DNA of 64,000 bases from Candidatus Uhrbacteria bacterium (GCA_963822405.1 CAWGHH010000001.1:293373-357372); one strand, 5' to 3'. Counted from the stretch's first letter, positions 19,788 to 29,946 are shown. Numbers and translations: made by a program. Notes: a model not told the origin generated them from the letters alone.

Positions 19788-19916
19788 AATTTTAATTAAG
19801 ACAGACATTGTGCCTAGCCATCAAAATAGAATCGAAAAATTGATTGTCACCAAATACAATTAACCCCGCGCCACGATTGACGAGACCACGGTGGACATTG
19901 GGATAAACTACATAAT

Positions 19917-20474
19917 ATGTTTGAAAATATTTCGACTTGGTTTGTTGCGTTGCCGATTGGCGCTTGTTTAGGGTGGGTAGCCGATAGATTGCTTGGTCCA
20001 ACTGCGGATGCATTTGGTGCAGGATTACTTAATGTTTTTTCACGATGGTGGAATAAAAAAAGCGAGGCGATTACCGACTATCATAAACTCGAAGACTTGG
20101 TGCGTAAAAATCATATGTCTAATGGACATGGTCGATTCAATGAGCAAAAAACATACATGCACGATCGAGAAATAAATTTAACGTTACTAAAATACGGTTC
20201 ATTTATTCGTCGAGCTATAAAAGAAGCATGGATTGAGAGTGCTACAATAAATAACTATGATGAGAGTGATATATTTTTTGCGGGGATGAATTTGCTTTTC
20301 CCGCAACTTGGCAAGAGTGACATATCAACCATTTATGAAAAGTTTAAGGATAACAACCAGGCATCCTTGCGGTGGTGGCTTGAGCAGATGGAAGAACGAA
20401 AGCCGAAATTTCTGTCACTCGATGTTTTAAAATATTTGCGAACAGAACAAGAGGAACGGAACAAAATAATATGA
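19917..20474 (+). CDS. Hypothetical protein
   Basis: 185 aa ORF with hydrophobic N-terminus; stop overlaps the start of the next gene. Confidence 0.6.
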   Translation: MFENISTWFVALPIGACLGWVADRLLGPTADAFGAGLLNVFSRWWNKKSEAITDYHKLEDLVRKNHMSNGHGRFNEQKTYMHDREINLTLLKYGSFIRRAIKEAWIESATINNYDESDIFFAGMNLLFPQLGKSDISTIYEKFKDNNQASLRWWLEQMEERKPKFLSLDVLKYLRTEQEERNKII

Positions 20475-21532
20475 ATCAAGCAATAACTACAAAATCGATA
20501 GGAAGAGGAATTGCTGAAGTAGGTGCAATTGTTTTGGAGGAAAAACCTTTATCAAAACTTATATTTAAGCCACAAATTCATAATCGTGGAATAAGAGGCT
20601 TTATAATTAGACAAAAAAGAAGTAATAAAAGTGAAGAATGGAAAGATGAACAATCAATAAAACTGAAAGATCTCGCTGATGTTGATGGAGTAAATTTTGA
20701 AATACCAACAGAAGGAATATTGAACTTATTTATTGGAATAAAGAAACTCGCTGTTATTTTAAGAGAAAATGGTGTTGAATACGGAGAAAATCATTATGAA
20801 ATTGTAGATCCTAATTCTGTTATTATAACAGATGAAAATAAAGCTCAGTTTATAAAGAAAATACTTGAAGCGGGATATGAAGAAGAAACTTGGGAAAGCA
20901 TTGTTGAATTAAATCCTGATTTAGCAACAAAACTTTCCTATGCAAGAATTCAAATCGAGAGGAAAAAAGTTTTAGATGAACTTCAAGAAAGATTTAAAAA
21001 TGATTATTCTGAAACAAAAGGAGATGATTCGTGGCAAAATTGGATTTCAAAAAATAATTGGCTTTTTGGTGTGAATTACAGACAACCGATAGAAAAAGCA
21101 AAAATAAATTTATTTGGAATAATGCCAGATTTCTTATATCCGACCATTGATGGTTTTGTTGATGTTTTAGAAATAAAACTTCCTAAAGATGAGGTTTTAA
21201 TGGAAGATGTAGGCCATAAAGGATCATGGAAATGGACACCTGAAACAAATAGTGCAATCGGACAGGTGGTAAATTATTTAACAGAAATTGATAGATTAAG
21301 ATTTGAGAACGAAAATACAATTCGCAACGAAACAACTGATAAAGTTTTGTTTCTAAAACCACGCGCCTTTATTCTTATTGGAAATAGCCAAGAGTGGGAT
21401 GATCAAAAAAAAGAAGCGTTAAGAAAATTAAATTATTATTTACATAATATCGAAGTGCTTACTTATAAAGATTTATTAGATAGAGGAAATCAATTTTTAA
21501 ATAGTCGTAATTTATCCATTAATAAATTATGA
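20471..21532 (+). CDS. sduA: Shedu anti-phage nuclease (DUF4263)
   Basis: WQNWISKNNWLFG, PDFL...VLEIKLP, AIGQVVNY, PRAFILIG, IEVLTYKDL; markedly AT-rich. Confidence 0.82.
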   Translation: MNQAITTKSIGRGIAEVGAIVLEEKPLSKLIFKPQIHNRGIRGFIIRQKRSNKSEEWKDEQSIKLKDLADVDGVNFEIPTEGILNLFIGIKKLAVILRENGVEYGENHYEIVDPNSVIITDENKAQFIKKILEAGYEEETWESIVELNPDLATKLSYARIQIERKKVLDELQERFKNDYSETKGDDSWQNWISKNNWLFGVNYRQPIEKAKINLFGIMPDFLYPTIDGFVDVLEIKLPKDEVLMEDVGHKGSWKWTPETNSAIGQVVNYLTEIDRLRFENENTIRNETTDKVLFLKPRAFILIGNSQEWDDQKKEALRKLNYYLHNIEVLTYKDLLDRGNQFLNSRNLSINKL

Positions 21533-22776
21533 CAAACAATCGATCAAAAATCGAAAAATTAATTTCTGAACTCTGCCCGAACGGGGTGGAGTTTAAGGAG
21601 TTGGGTGAACTTGGTGATTTTTATGGAGGACTTACTGGAAAAAGTAAAGAGGATTTTAGCAATGGCAACGCAAAATTTATCACTTACATGAATATTTTTT
21701 CTAATATTGCCGTTGATACTGATGTAAATATTTTTGTAAAAATGGAGCAGGAGGAAAAGCAAAATAGAATTCAATACGGCGACGTTTTGTTTACAGGTTC
21801 GTCAGAAACACCGGACGAGTGTGGAATGTCCTCTGTTTTAACAAAGAAAATTGATGAGCCGCTGTATCTAAACAGTTTCTGTTTCGGCTTTCGCCCGAAT
21901 GACAAGAATTTGTTGTTGCCCGAGTTTTCTAAATATTTGTTTAGAGATGAACAGATGAGAAAACAGATTGCGAAAACTGCCAGTGGAGTGACGAGATTTA
22001 ATGTCTCAAAAAAGCGTTTTGCAAAAATGACAATCCCTCTCCCACCCCTTGCAATCCAAAAAGAAATCGTCCGTGTGCTAGACTCTTTCACGGAGCTTGA
22101 GGCGGAGCTTGAGGCGGAGCTTGAGGCGGAGCTTGAGGCAAGGAAGAGTCAATATGAACACTATCGTACTGAGCTTTTGACGTTTGGGGTTGGGGTTGAG
22201 CTTAAGGAGCTGGGTGATGTAGCGGGTTATTCCAAGCTTCGAATAGGTGCCACCGAATTAAATTGCGATAATTTTGTAGGTGTAGATAATTTACTTACCA
22301 ACAAACAGGGAAAGACAGTTTCAAGTTATGTACCAACAGCTGGTAAACTGACTCGTTTCGAAACAGGTGACATTCTGCTCGGAAATATTCGTCCATACCT
22401 GAAGAAGATTTGGCTGGCAACGAATGAGGGAGGGGCGAGTGGCGATGTTTTGGTTGTTAGTATCAAGGACGAGAAAAGAAAATACTTGCTATCGGAGTTT
22501 TTGTATTACATGCTTTCTTCGGATAATTTTTTCAATTACGACATGCAGCATGCGAAAGGTGCAAAAATGCCACGTGGAAATAAGGATGCTATTCTACAGT
22601 TTAAAGTCCCAATTCCGTCGATGGCGGAGCAAGAACGTATCGTGTCGATCCTCGACAAATTCGATGCTTTGGTGAACGATATCTCTGTTGGTCTGCCGGC
22701 GGAGATTAGGGCCAGAAGACAGCAGTATGAGTATTATCGGAATAAGCTATTGAGCTTTAGGGAGAAAACTAAATAG
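21529..22776 (+). CDS. hsdS: Type I R-M specificity subunit S
   Basis: Two TRDs; IPLPPLAIQKEIV and IPSMAEQERIV conserved regions; RRQQYEYYRNKLL. Confidence 0.95.
   Translation: MTNNRSKIEKLISELCPNGVEFKELGELGDFYGGLTGKSKEDFSNGNAKFITYMNIFSNIAVDTDVNIFVKMEQEEKQNRIQYGDVLFTGSSETPDECGMSSVLTKKIDEPLYLNSFCFGFRPNDKNLLLPEFSKYLFRDEQMRKQIAKTASGVTRFNVSKKRFAKMTIPLPPLAIQKEIVRVLDSFTELEAELEAELEAELEARKSQYEHYRTELLTFGVGVELKELGDVAGYSKLRIGATELNCDNFVGVDNLLTNKQGKTVSSYVPTAGKLTRFETGDILLGNIRPYLKKIWLATNEGGASGDVLVVSIKDEKRKYLLSEFLYYMLSSDNFFNYDMQHAKGAKMPRGNKDAILQFKVPIPSMAEQERIVSILDKFDALVNDISVGLPAEIRARRQQYEYYRNKLLSFREKTK
22093..22140 (+). repeat. 12-bp tandem repeat (GAGCTTGAGGCG x4) in the hsdS central linker
   Basis: Read directly; encodes (ELEA)4. 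Confidence 0.92.
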
Positions 22777-22845
22777 AATACCCATAGGACGTATTTTGAC
22801 CGAAACACGTTCTACGGGGTACGAAAGAAAGCTTAGATAGCAATT

Positions 22846-25800
22846 ATGAAAATGAAAAAATATAACCTTGTCGCTGAGGGCGCGCAGAGTACTGTTGTTT
22901 CGGAATATACGCCGGATAATAAGAGGGCTTCGCATTACCAGAGTGAGGCGGAGCTTGAGCGGGCGTTTGTGAAGCAGCTTGAGGGGCAGGCGTATGAATA
23001 TGTCACCATTACTTCGGAGGAGGATCTCGTTATTAATTTGAGAAAACAGCTCGAGAAGCTAAATGATTTTTCGTTTACAGATGCGGAGTGGGATAGATTT
23101 TTTAAGAACGAGATTGCCAATCCCAATCAGAGTATCGAGGAGAAAACGAAGACCATTCAGGAGGATCATGTGAAGATACTTACACGTGATGACGGAGCGG
23201 TGAAGAATATTTATCTTCTGAAGAAAGATAACATTCACAACAATTCACTCCAGGTCATCAATCAATACGCTACTGACGAGGGGCAGCGAAGTAATCGGTA
23301 TGATGTAACGGTCTTGGTGAACGGGCTACCGATGGTGCATATTGAGCTGAAGCGTCGTGGAGTGGCCATTCAGGAGGCGTTCAATCAGATTAATCGGTAT
23401 CACCGTGAAAGTTTTTGGGCCGCAGCTGGACTTTTTGAATATGTGCAGCTGTTTGTTATTTCTAACGGTACGCACACAAAGTATTACAGTAACACTACTC
23501 GCGCTCAGCATGTAAAAGATAGTGTCGGGGGTGCGGCAAAGAAAGGAAAAAGGACAAGTAATAGTTTTGAATTTACCAGCTGGTGGGCAGACGCCACTAA
23601 TCGTCCCATCACCGATTTAATGGACTTCGCCAAAACCTTTTTTGCAAAGCACGCGTTGCTGAATATCTTGACTCGATATTGTGTCTTCACGAGTGACCAC
23701 TTGTTGCTAGTAATGCGTCCATACCAAATTGTCGCGACCGAACGCATTCTTAGCCGCATTGAAATCAGCACGAATTATAGGAAGCTGGGAACCGTTGAGG
23801 CTGGTGGCTATGTTTGGCACACCACCGGATCAGGAAAGACTTTAACAAGCTTTAAGACGGCTCAGTTGGCAAGCAAACTGCCTCATGTAGACAAAGTGCT
23901 TTTCGTGGTAGACCGCAAAGATTTGGATTACCAAACCATGCAGGAGTATGACAAGTTTGAGAAGGGGGCGGCGAATAGCAACGCGAGCACCGCGATTCTT
24001 AAGCGTCAGATGGAAGATGCGAATTCGCGCATCATCGTGACCACTATTCAGAAGCTTGATCGCTTCATCGGCCGAAATTCTAAACACGAAATCTTTGATG
24101 GCCACGTCGTGATTATTTTTGACGAATGTCACCGTTCACAGTTTGGTGATATGCATACCGCAATCACGAAGGCATTTAAGAATTACCATCTCTTCGGTTT
24201 TACTGGCACGCCAATCTTTGCGGCCAACGCTTCTGCCGGTGGTCATCCTGATTTGAGGACAACAGAACAGGCCTTTGGCGAGAAACTTCATACCTACACC
24301 ATCGTCGATGCTATTGCGGATAAAAATGTTTTGCCATTTAAGGTTGATTACGTTTCTACGGTTCGTGAAGCTGAGAACATTGAGGATAAAGCAGTGAACG
24401 ATATTGACCGTGAGGCCGTTTTGTCCGCACCGGAACGATTATCGAATATTGTCGAGTATATTCGGGAACATTTCGACCAGAAAACAAAGCGAAACAGCTT
24501 CTATCAGTTGAAAGACAGGCGATTGGCTGGGTTTAATTCGATCTTTGCTGTTTCTTCTATTGAAATGGCCAAGAGATACTACGCTGAGTTCAAGAAGCAA
24601 CTCGCTGGTGTCCCAGGTGACAAGCAATTAAAAATCGCAACTATCTTTAGTTTTGGAGTGAATGATGAAGATGCTGATGGGATGATCGATGAAAATTCGG
24701 AAGACACGAGCGGTCTAGATGTGAGCTCACGTGATTTCTTGGAGAATGCGATCAAAGATTACAATGTCATGTTCGGAGCCTCGTACGACACCTCTTCTGA
24801 TAAATTTCAGAACTACTATAAGGACGTGAGTCAACGCGTGAAAAATCGAGAGATAGATGTACTCATCGTGGTGAACATGTTCTTGACCGGTTTTGATGCG
24901 ACAACGTTGAACACTTTGTGGGTTGATAAGAATCTTCGATTGCATGGATTGGTTCAGGCGTTTTCGCGCACGAACCGCATTCTTAATAGCGTTAAGACGT
25001 TCGGAAACATCGTTTGTTTCCGTAACCTAGAGAAGGCGACGAATGAGGCGATTGCGTTATTTGGTGACAAAGAAGCTAGCGGTATCGTTCTTCTTAAGGC
25101 GTACGCTGATTATTACAATGGCTATAAGAATGACGGCACAGAGGTGCGCGGTTACGAAAGTCTGGTAAAGGAATTGCAGGAAAAGTTCCCCGTTGGCGAG
25201 AGAATTCTTGGTGAACAGGATCGGAAGGACTTTATTAGGTTATATGGTGCGATTTTGCGTGTTCGGAATATCCTCACCACATTCGATGAATTTGTGGGTA
25301 ATGAGATTCTGACCGAGCGCGACGTGCAGGACTATCACAGTGCATATATTGATCTATACAATGAATTCCGCAAGCAAGTGGAGGGGGAGAAGGAGAACGT
25401 GAATGATGATGTAGTTTTTGAAATGGAGTTGATTAAACAAATCGAGATCAATATTGATTATGTGATCGGACTCATTAAAAAGTATCACGAAGGTCACACG
25501 AAGGATCGAGAGCTACTCGTTGATATTAACAAGGCGATTGATTCTAGTGTTGAATTACGTAATAAAAAAGATCTTATCAATCAATTCATCACCAGACTTG
25601 ATGTTCATTCTGTCGTTGAAGATGACTGGCAGAAGTTTGTGGATGAGAAGAAAGTTGAGGAGCTGGATCAGATTATCTCCAATGAAGGGCTCGACCACGA
25701 CGCAACGTATAAATTTGTGCAAAATGCGTTCCGTAACGGGGATATCGTCGGTACCGGAACCGCAATCGCCAAAATAATACCGCCGGTAACACGTTTTTCT

Positions 25801-25902
25801 CCGGGCGGTGAACGTACAAAGAAGCGCGAGAGCGTATTGGGGAAATTAACACATTTCTTTGAGCGATTCTTTGATATTTCGGGTGGTAAGTTTTCAGATT
25901 GA
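22846..25902 (+). CDS. hsdR: Type I R-M restriction subunit R (EcoR124I-like)
   Basis: IELK, HTTGSGKT, DECHR, FTGTP, MFLTGFD, QAFSRTNR. Confidence 0.96.
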   Translation: MKMKKYNLVAEGAQSTVVSEYTPDNKRASHYQSEAELERAFVKQLEGQAYEYVTITSEEDLVINLRKQLEKLNDFSFTDAEWDRFFKNEIANPNQSIEEKTKTIQEDHVKILTRDDGAVKNIYLLKKDNIHNNSLQVINQYATDEGQRSNRYDVTVLVNGLPMVHIELKRRGVAIQEAFNQINRYHRESFWAAAGLFEYVQLFVISNGTHTKYYSNTTRAQHVKDSVGGAAKKGKRTSNSFEFTSWWADATNRPITDLMDFAKTFFAKHALLNILTRYCVFTSDHLLLVMRPYQIVATERILSRIEISTNYRKLGTVEAGGYVWHTTGSGKTLTSFKTAQLASKLPHVDKVLFVVDRKDLDYQTMQEYDKFEKGAANSNASTAILKRQMEDANSRIIVTTIQKLDRFIGRNSKHEIFDGHVVIIFDECHRSQFGDMHTAITKAFKNYHLFGFTGTPIFAANASAGGHPDLRTTEQAFGEKLHTYTIVDAIADKNVLPFKVDYVSTVREAENIEDKAVNDIDREAVLSAPERLSNIVEYIREHFDQKTKRNSFYQLKDRRLAGFNSIFAVSSIEMAKRYYAEFKKQLAGVPGDKQLKIATIFSFGVNDEDADGMIDENSEDTSGLDVSSRDFLENAIKDYNVMFGASYDTSSDKFQNYYKDVSQRVKNREIDVLIVVNMFLTGFDATTLNTLWVDKNLRLHGLVQAFSRTNRILNSVKTFGNIVCFRNLEKATNEAIALFGDKEASGIVLLKAYADYYNGYKNDGTEVRGYESLVKELQEKFPVGERILGEQDRKDFIRLYGAILRVRNILTTFDEFVGNEILTERDVQDYHSAYIDLYNEFRKQVEGEKENVNDDVVFEMELIKQIEINIDYVIGLIKKYHEGHTKDRELLVDINKAIDSSVELRNKKDLINQFITRLDVHSVVEDDWQKFVDEKKVEELDQIISNEGLDHDATYKFVQNAFRNGDIVGTGTAIAKIIPPVTRFSPGGERTKKRESVLGKLTHFFERFFDISGGKFSD

Positions 25903-25995
25903 TCGCGGGATAGATTAGTATCGGCTTCACAGTCTAGTTAGCAGTCATTAGTGATGAGTGCTAGTATGAATATGTAATTCAATAATTATGTATTT

Positions 25996-26532
25996 ATGAC
26001 AAATTACGAACCAATCACAATTATTATATATTTATGTCAGGTTGTATTAGGATTGATTACAATTTTGTTGATGCTATATGGTTTGCGCAAGATTCAAAAG
26101 GTTTTTCCGATGATTGAAACTGTATATACGGCAAAAACACGATCTAATGGTCAGAATGGTCCGATTGTTTCTGATGCCCTTGGAAGTATTATGGTTACAT
26201 TGGCTACTCAAATTGCCGGTGAAGATTTGAATAATGGAGTAATGAGAATAATGACAAAGGGAACGTACTCGCCTCCTATCGTTTCCAGTGGCCTGGTGAA
26301 AAGTGGTCCCGGTTATCTCTTAGGTTTTGTGATAAACTCAGTAATCTCAGGCGCTACATTGAGAATCCTGGATGGTGCCGATAATTCCGGTGCAGCTATT
26401 TTTGATACGATGACTTTTACAGCAATGTTTAATGGGCCCAAAGTAATTTCGTTGCCTGCGGCGGTAGAATTTAATAATGGATGTTATTTTTGTGTCGATG
26501 GTACAATTTCAATTACTCCAATATTGAGTTAG
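25996..26532 (+). CDS. Hypothetical protein (N-terminal TM, beta-rich C-terminus)
   Basis: 178 aa AT-rich ORF. Confidence 0.55.
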   Translation: MTNYEPITIIIYLCQVVLGLITILLMLYGLRKIQKVFPMIETVYTAKTRSNGQNGPIVSDALGSIMVTLATQIAGEDLNNGVMRIMTKGTYSPPIVSSGLVKSGPGYLLGFVINSVISGATLRILDGADNSGAAIFDTMTFTAMFNGPKVISLPAAVEFNNGCYFCVDGTISITPILS

Positions 26533-26634
26533 TCTAAAATTTATTTTGTAAGAGTTGTATAACCCAAAAAACAAAACTCCTTTTATATTAAAATCAATAA
26601 AGTGAAAAGAGAGGAAATGGTTGCTACATAACAT

Positions 26635-27228
26635 ATGCCCGAAATAATCTACATCCTCATCAATGAAGCCATGCCTGGTTATGTGAAGATAGGCATGACA
26701 ACTAATCTAGAACAGCGAATTCGTTCGCTTGATACAACTGGTGTTCCGTTGCCGTTTGAATGTTTTTACGCGTGTACGGTGAAGGATTGTACGTTTGTTG
26801 AGCGTCAGTTGCATGATGCATTTTTGGATCATCGAGTGCGCTCTAGCAGAGAATTCTTTGAGATATCACCCGAACGTGCCGTCGCAGCCCTGAAGCTTGC
26901 CGAAATAGAGAACATTACGCCAAAGAAGGACTTTGTGGAGACGCAGGAGGATCAGCAGGCGCTTAACGAAGCTAGAACAAGACGAGCGGTGTTTAATTTT
27001 GGCTTGGTAAATATTCCGGTTGGCGCAGAGCTAACGTTTAGTCGGGATGATAATCAGAAAGTAACCGTTATAGACAATAGGTCAGTCATGTTTAACGGAG
27101 AAATCACTAGTTTGTCAGCTTCGGCGCAAGAGTTACTTGGGTACCCGTACCAAGTACAGGGAACGGTTTATTGGTTGTATGAAGGGGAAACACTCGATGA
27201 AAGAAGGAAAAGATTTGAAAGCGGGTAG
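26635..27228 (+). CDS. GIY-YIG nuclease family protein (T5orf172-like)
   Basis: IYILINEAMPGYVKIG, TGVPLPF, REFFE. Confidence 0.85.
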   Translation: MPEIIYILINEAMPGYVKIGMTTNLEQRIRSLDTTGVPLPFECFYACTVKDCTFVERQLHDAFLDHRVRSSREFFEISPERAVAALKLAEIENITPKKDFVETQEDQQALNEARTRRAVFNFGLVNIPVGAELTFSRDDNQKVTVIDNRSVMFNGEITSLSASAQELLGYPYQVQGTVYWLYEGETLDERRKRFESG

Positions 27229-27492
27229 ATGATCGCTAAACTTATTGAGGCTCGAGATGAAGATGCTTGGCGGATTAAGCTTGCTGATCTCACGGATAAC
27301 TTGAGGCAGTGTCACGGCCTATCGCTCGATAACCGACGATTCATGATTGAAGTGAAAGCCACGCTGATGCTTCGCCTAGCTAAGACTATGCCATTTAGTC
27401 GAATGATCACGGAGGAACCGCCATTTGTTCAGCCGAGCATCCTTGCTCTCCAGACAGAGATGGAAAAACAACGGGCGGGGTTGGGTCAATAA
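27229..27492 (+). pseudogene. C-terminal fragment of an HD-domain (RelA/SpoT hydrolase-like) protein
   Basis: IKLADLTDNL motif without the upstream HD motif. Confidence 0.5.
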
Positions 27493-27501
27493 ATTGATTT
27501 T

Positions 27502-27645
27502 ATTCACGCTTATAGCCCCAAAACCGTGAAAAAGTAGTAAAAAATGGCATTCTGTCACGGTTATGGCTCGTAAATCGTGACAAAAGTGCATTTTATTGCA
27601 TTCTGTCACGGTTATGTTGCCAAAACCGTGACAGTAGTGTATAAT
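27502..27645 (+). promoter_or_regulatory. Three 30-bp palindromes with 51-bp period, plus promoter of Fic gene
   Basis: TGTCACGGTT-N10-AACCGTGACA-like units at 27502, 27553, 27604; TTGCCA-N17-TATAAT at 27617-27645. Confidence 0.75.
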
Positions 27646-27653
27646 GCTGATAT

Positions 27654-28538
27654 ATGGCAAAAACGTTGGGTTCTTATAAAAAGATCAGTATATTGCGCGA
27701 ACGGTACTATCAGGTAGCAACGGGTAAAGATGCACTTTTGAAGCTTATTGCTGAGGTGGAAGTGGCGGAGCAGGTTTATAACTCAAATGCTATTGAGAAT
27801 AGCACTCTTAGTCTTGAAGAGACGGAAAAGATTCTTTTGCAAATTGATCTGGATCGGTACGTGGAAGGACGGGAGATTTTTGAGGCTAAGAACTTGGCGC
27901 GTGTTGTGGGCTATATTGATCACAAGGCGAAAGAGCAGGAATTGACGCTTGATGTCATGTTGTCACTTCATCAGATGCTGATCTTGAATATTCAAGATGA
28001 TATTGCTGGTAGATTCAGGAACGAAAAAGAATTTGTTCGCGTGGGCAGCTATATCGCGCCTAACCCGAAAGAAGTGGTTGGGCTTCTTGAAAAGATGCTC
28101 GCCGAATACAATGCTTCAAGTCACGAGAATATTATTAAGCGTATCGCTCGCCTACATTTAACATTTGAGCATATCCATCCATTTGTTGACGGGAATGGTC
28201 GCATCGGTCGAGTAATCAGTAATTATCTTCTTCTCCGAGAAGGCTTCGTGCCGATCAATATTAAGTTTATCGATCGGGACATGTACTATGAAGCATTTAA
28301 GGAATTCGATACTAAAGGAGAGACTAGGGTGATGGAGGAAATTGTTGGAAAGGCGTTGACTAATAGTTATCACAAACGACTTGCGTATCTAGAGGGGGCG
28401 GAAATAATGACACTAACTGAATACGGAAAAAAGAATAAGATTTCACGGACGAATTTAGTGAATAAAGCTAGCCGTCAAACAATCGAGGCGTTTTTGGAAA
28501 AAGGTATTTGGAAAATCGGAGTCAAACATGGCGTATAG
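27654..28538 (+). CDS. Fic family protein
   Basis: HPFVDGNGRIGR; SNAIEN inhibitory motif. Confidence 0.92.
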   Translation: MAKTLGSYKKISILRERYYQVATGKDALLKLIAEVEVAEQVYNSNAIENSTLSLEETEKILLQIDLDRYVEGREIFEAKNLARVVGYIDHKAKEQELTLDVMLSLHQMLILNIQDDIAGRFRNEKEFVRVGSYIAPNPKEVVGLLEKMLAEYNASSHENIIKRIARLHLTFEHIHPFVDGNGRIGRVISNYLLLREGFVPINIKFIDRDMYYEAFKEFDTKGETRVMEEIVGKALTNSYHKRLAYLEGAEIMTLTEYGKKNKISRTNLVNKASRQTIEAFLEKGIWKIGVKHGV

Positions 28539-28551
28539 TGTTGGTTAGCCT

Positions 28552-29916
28552 ATGCTCTCCAAATCCTCTTTCATGCAGTTTCTCCGGTGTAGTTGCGAGC
28601 TGTGGCTGTATAAGCAACGGCCGGATTTGGCGCCGGAGTTTGATGAGGCGACCTTGAGAGTTTTTGCGACGGGTAATGAGGTAGACAGCTGGGCGCAGAA
28701 GCTGTACCCCAAGGCGGTGAATGTGATGGGGTTTGGGAAGAGGGGAGCGGAGGATATGAAGAAGGCGATTGCTCTTGGCGCAAAGGCGTTATTACAGCCG
28801 ACTTTTATTGTGAATGCGTTTGGGGGAGAGATTACCTGTAGAGCTGACATCATGAAGAAAAATAGTGACGATTCTTGGGATCTTCTAGAGGTAAAAAGCA
28901 CCACGGAGGTGAAGAAAGAGCACATCATGGATATGGCGTTTCAACGTATAGTCCTTGAGGAAGCCGGATTGAAGATTCGAAAGACTCTTCACGTCCACAT
29001 CGACAATCAATATGTTCGAGCGGGAGAAATTGAGCCAGAGAAGTTGTTCGCGCGTACAGATGTAACTCATGAGGTTGAGGAGCTATTGCCATTGTGTCGA
29101 AAAGAAATTCCGCGTGCGCTCTCTGTGCTCGATTGGGGGAAGGAACCGAACCTCGACATCATCAATAACTGTACTGACCCGGAGAAATGCGAATTCCGAG
29201 CATGTATTTTACAGGCGATGGGGGAGGAGGACGAGACGTACAGGATTAGTCCTGCCAACCCAAATTTGAAGATTGATAAGACGGCCATTAAAGAAGAGCT
29301 CGACAGCCTAACTTATCCTCTCTACTTTTTAGATTACGAAACATGGAATCCTGCTATTCCGGCTTTTGATGGCTACAAGCCGTATCAGCAGTGCGTGTTT
29401 CAATATTCAATCCATATTTTGAAATCACCAAAGGCCAAGCTAGAACACGTTGAGGTTTTGGTTGACGAGTTAGTTGATCCGGCGCCGATTATTGCAAAAG
29501 CGCTGGCCGAGCATATCGGTCCGACGGGCAGTGTCATTTCTTGGAACATGATTTTCGAGGCTTCTCGAAATGAAGAACTCGGCGACCTCGTTCCTGAATA
29601 TGCTGATCAACTACGAAGCATTAACGAACGGATGTTCGACCTCATGATGATCGTGAAAAAGGGTTACTACAAAGACGCACGCTTTGGGGGCAGTGCATCC
29701 TTGAAAAAAGTTCTCCCAGTTCTGTGTCCCGAACTTTCTTACGACTCTCTGGCTATCCATGAAGGTGGCACCGCCTCCGCCAGCTGGCCTGTCCTCACGA
29801 ACCCGTCGACCACGCCTGCCGACAAAGCTCAACTCCGCAAAGACATGCTCGCTTATTGCGAACTAGATACATTGGCGATGGTGGAAATTTATAAGAAGTT
29901 TTTAACGATTGTGTAA
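28552..29916 (+). CDS. DUF2779 domain protein (PD-(D/E)XK plus RNase H-like)
   Basis: LSKSSF...C...LWL, RADI...LEVKS, YFLDYET, FQYSIH, SLKKVLP, YCELDT. Confidence 0.8.
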   Translation: MLSKSSFMQFLRCSCELWLYKQRPDLAPEFDEATLRVFATGNEVDSWAQKLYPKAVNVMGFGKRGAEDMKKAIALGAKALLQPTFIVNAFGGEITCRADIMKKNSDDSWDLLEVKSTTEVKKEHIMDMAFQRIVLEEAGLKIRKTLHVHIDNQYVRAGEIEPEKLFARTDVTHEVEELLPLCRKEIPRALSVLDWGKEPNLDIINNCTDPEKCEFRACILQAMGEEDETYRISPANPNLKIDKTAIKEELDSLTYPLYFLDYETWNPAIPAFDGYKPYQQCVFQYSIHILKSPKAKLEHVEVLVDELVDPAPIIAKALAEHIGPTGSVISWNMIFEASRNEELGDLVPEYADQLRSINERMFDLMMIVKKGYYKDARFGGSASLKKVLPVLCPELSYDSLAIHEGGTASASWPVLTNPSTTPADKAQLRKDMLAYCELDTLAMVEIYKKFLTIV

Positions 29917-29946
29917 GTTTTGAGTTTTGGTATATTGATCCTTGAT

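Noticed and set aside
22778-22821. Imperfect palindrome between hsdS and hsdR
   Set aside because: Single copy without a U-tract; no function supportable
27502-27633. Possible mini CRISPR array
   Set aside because: Only three divergent units, 21-bp AT-rich spacers, no cas genes, and overlap with a promoter fit an operator array better
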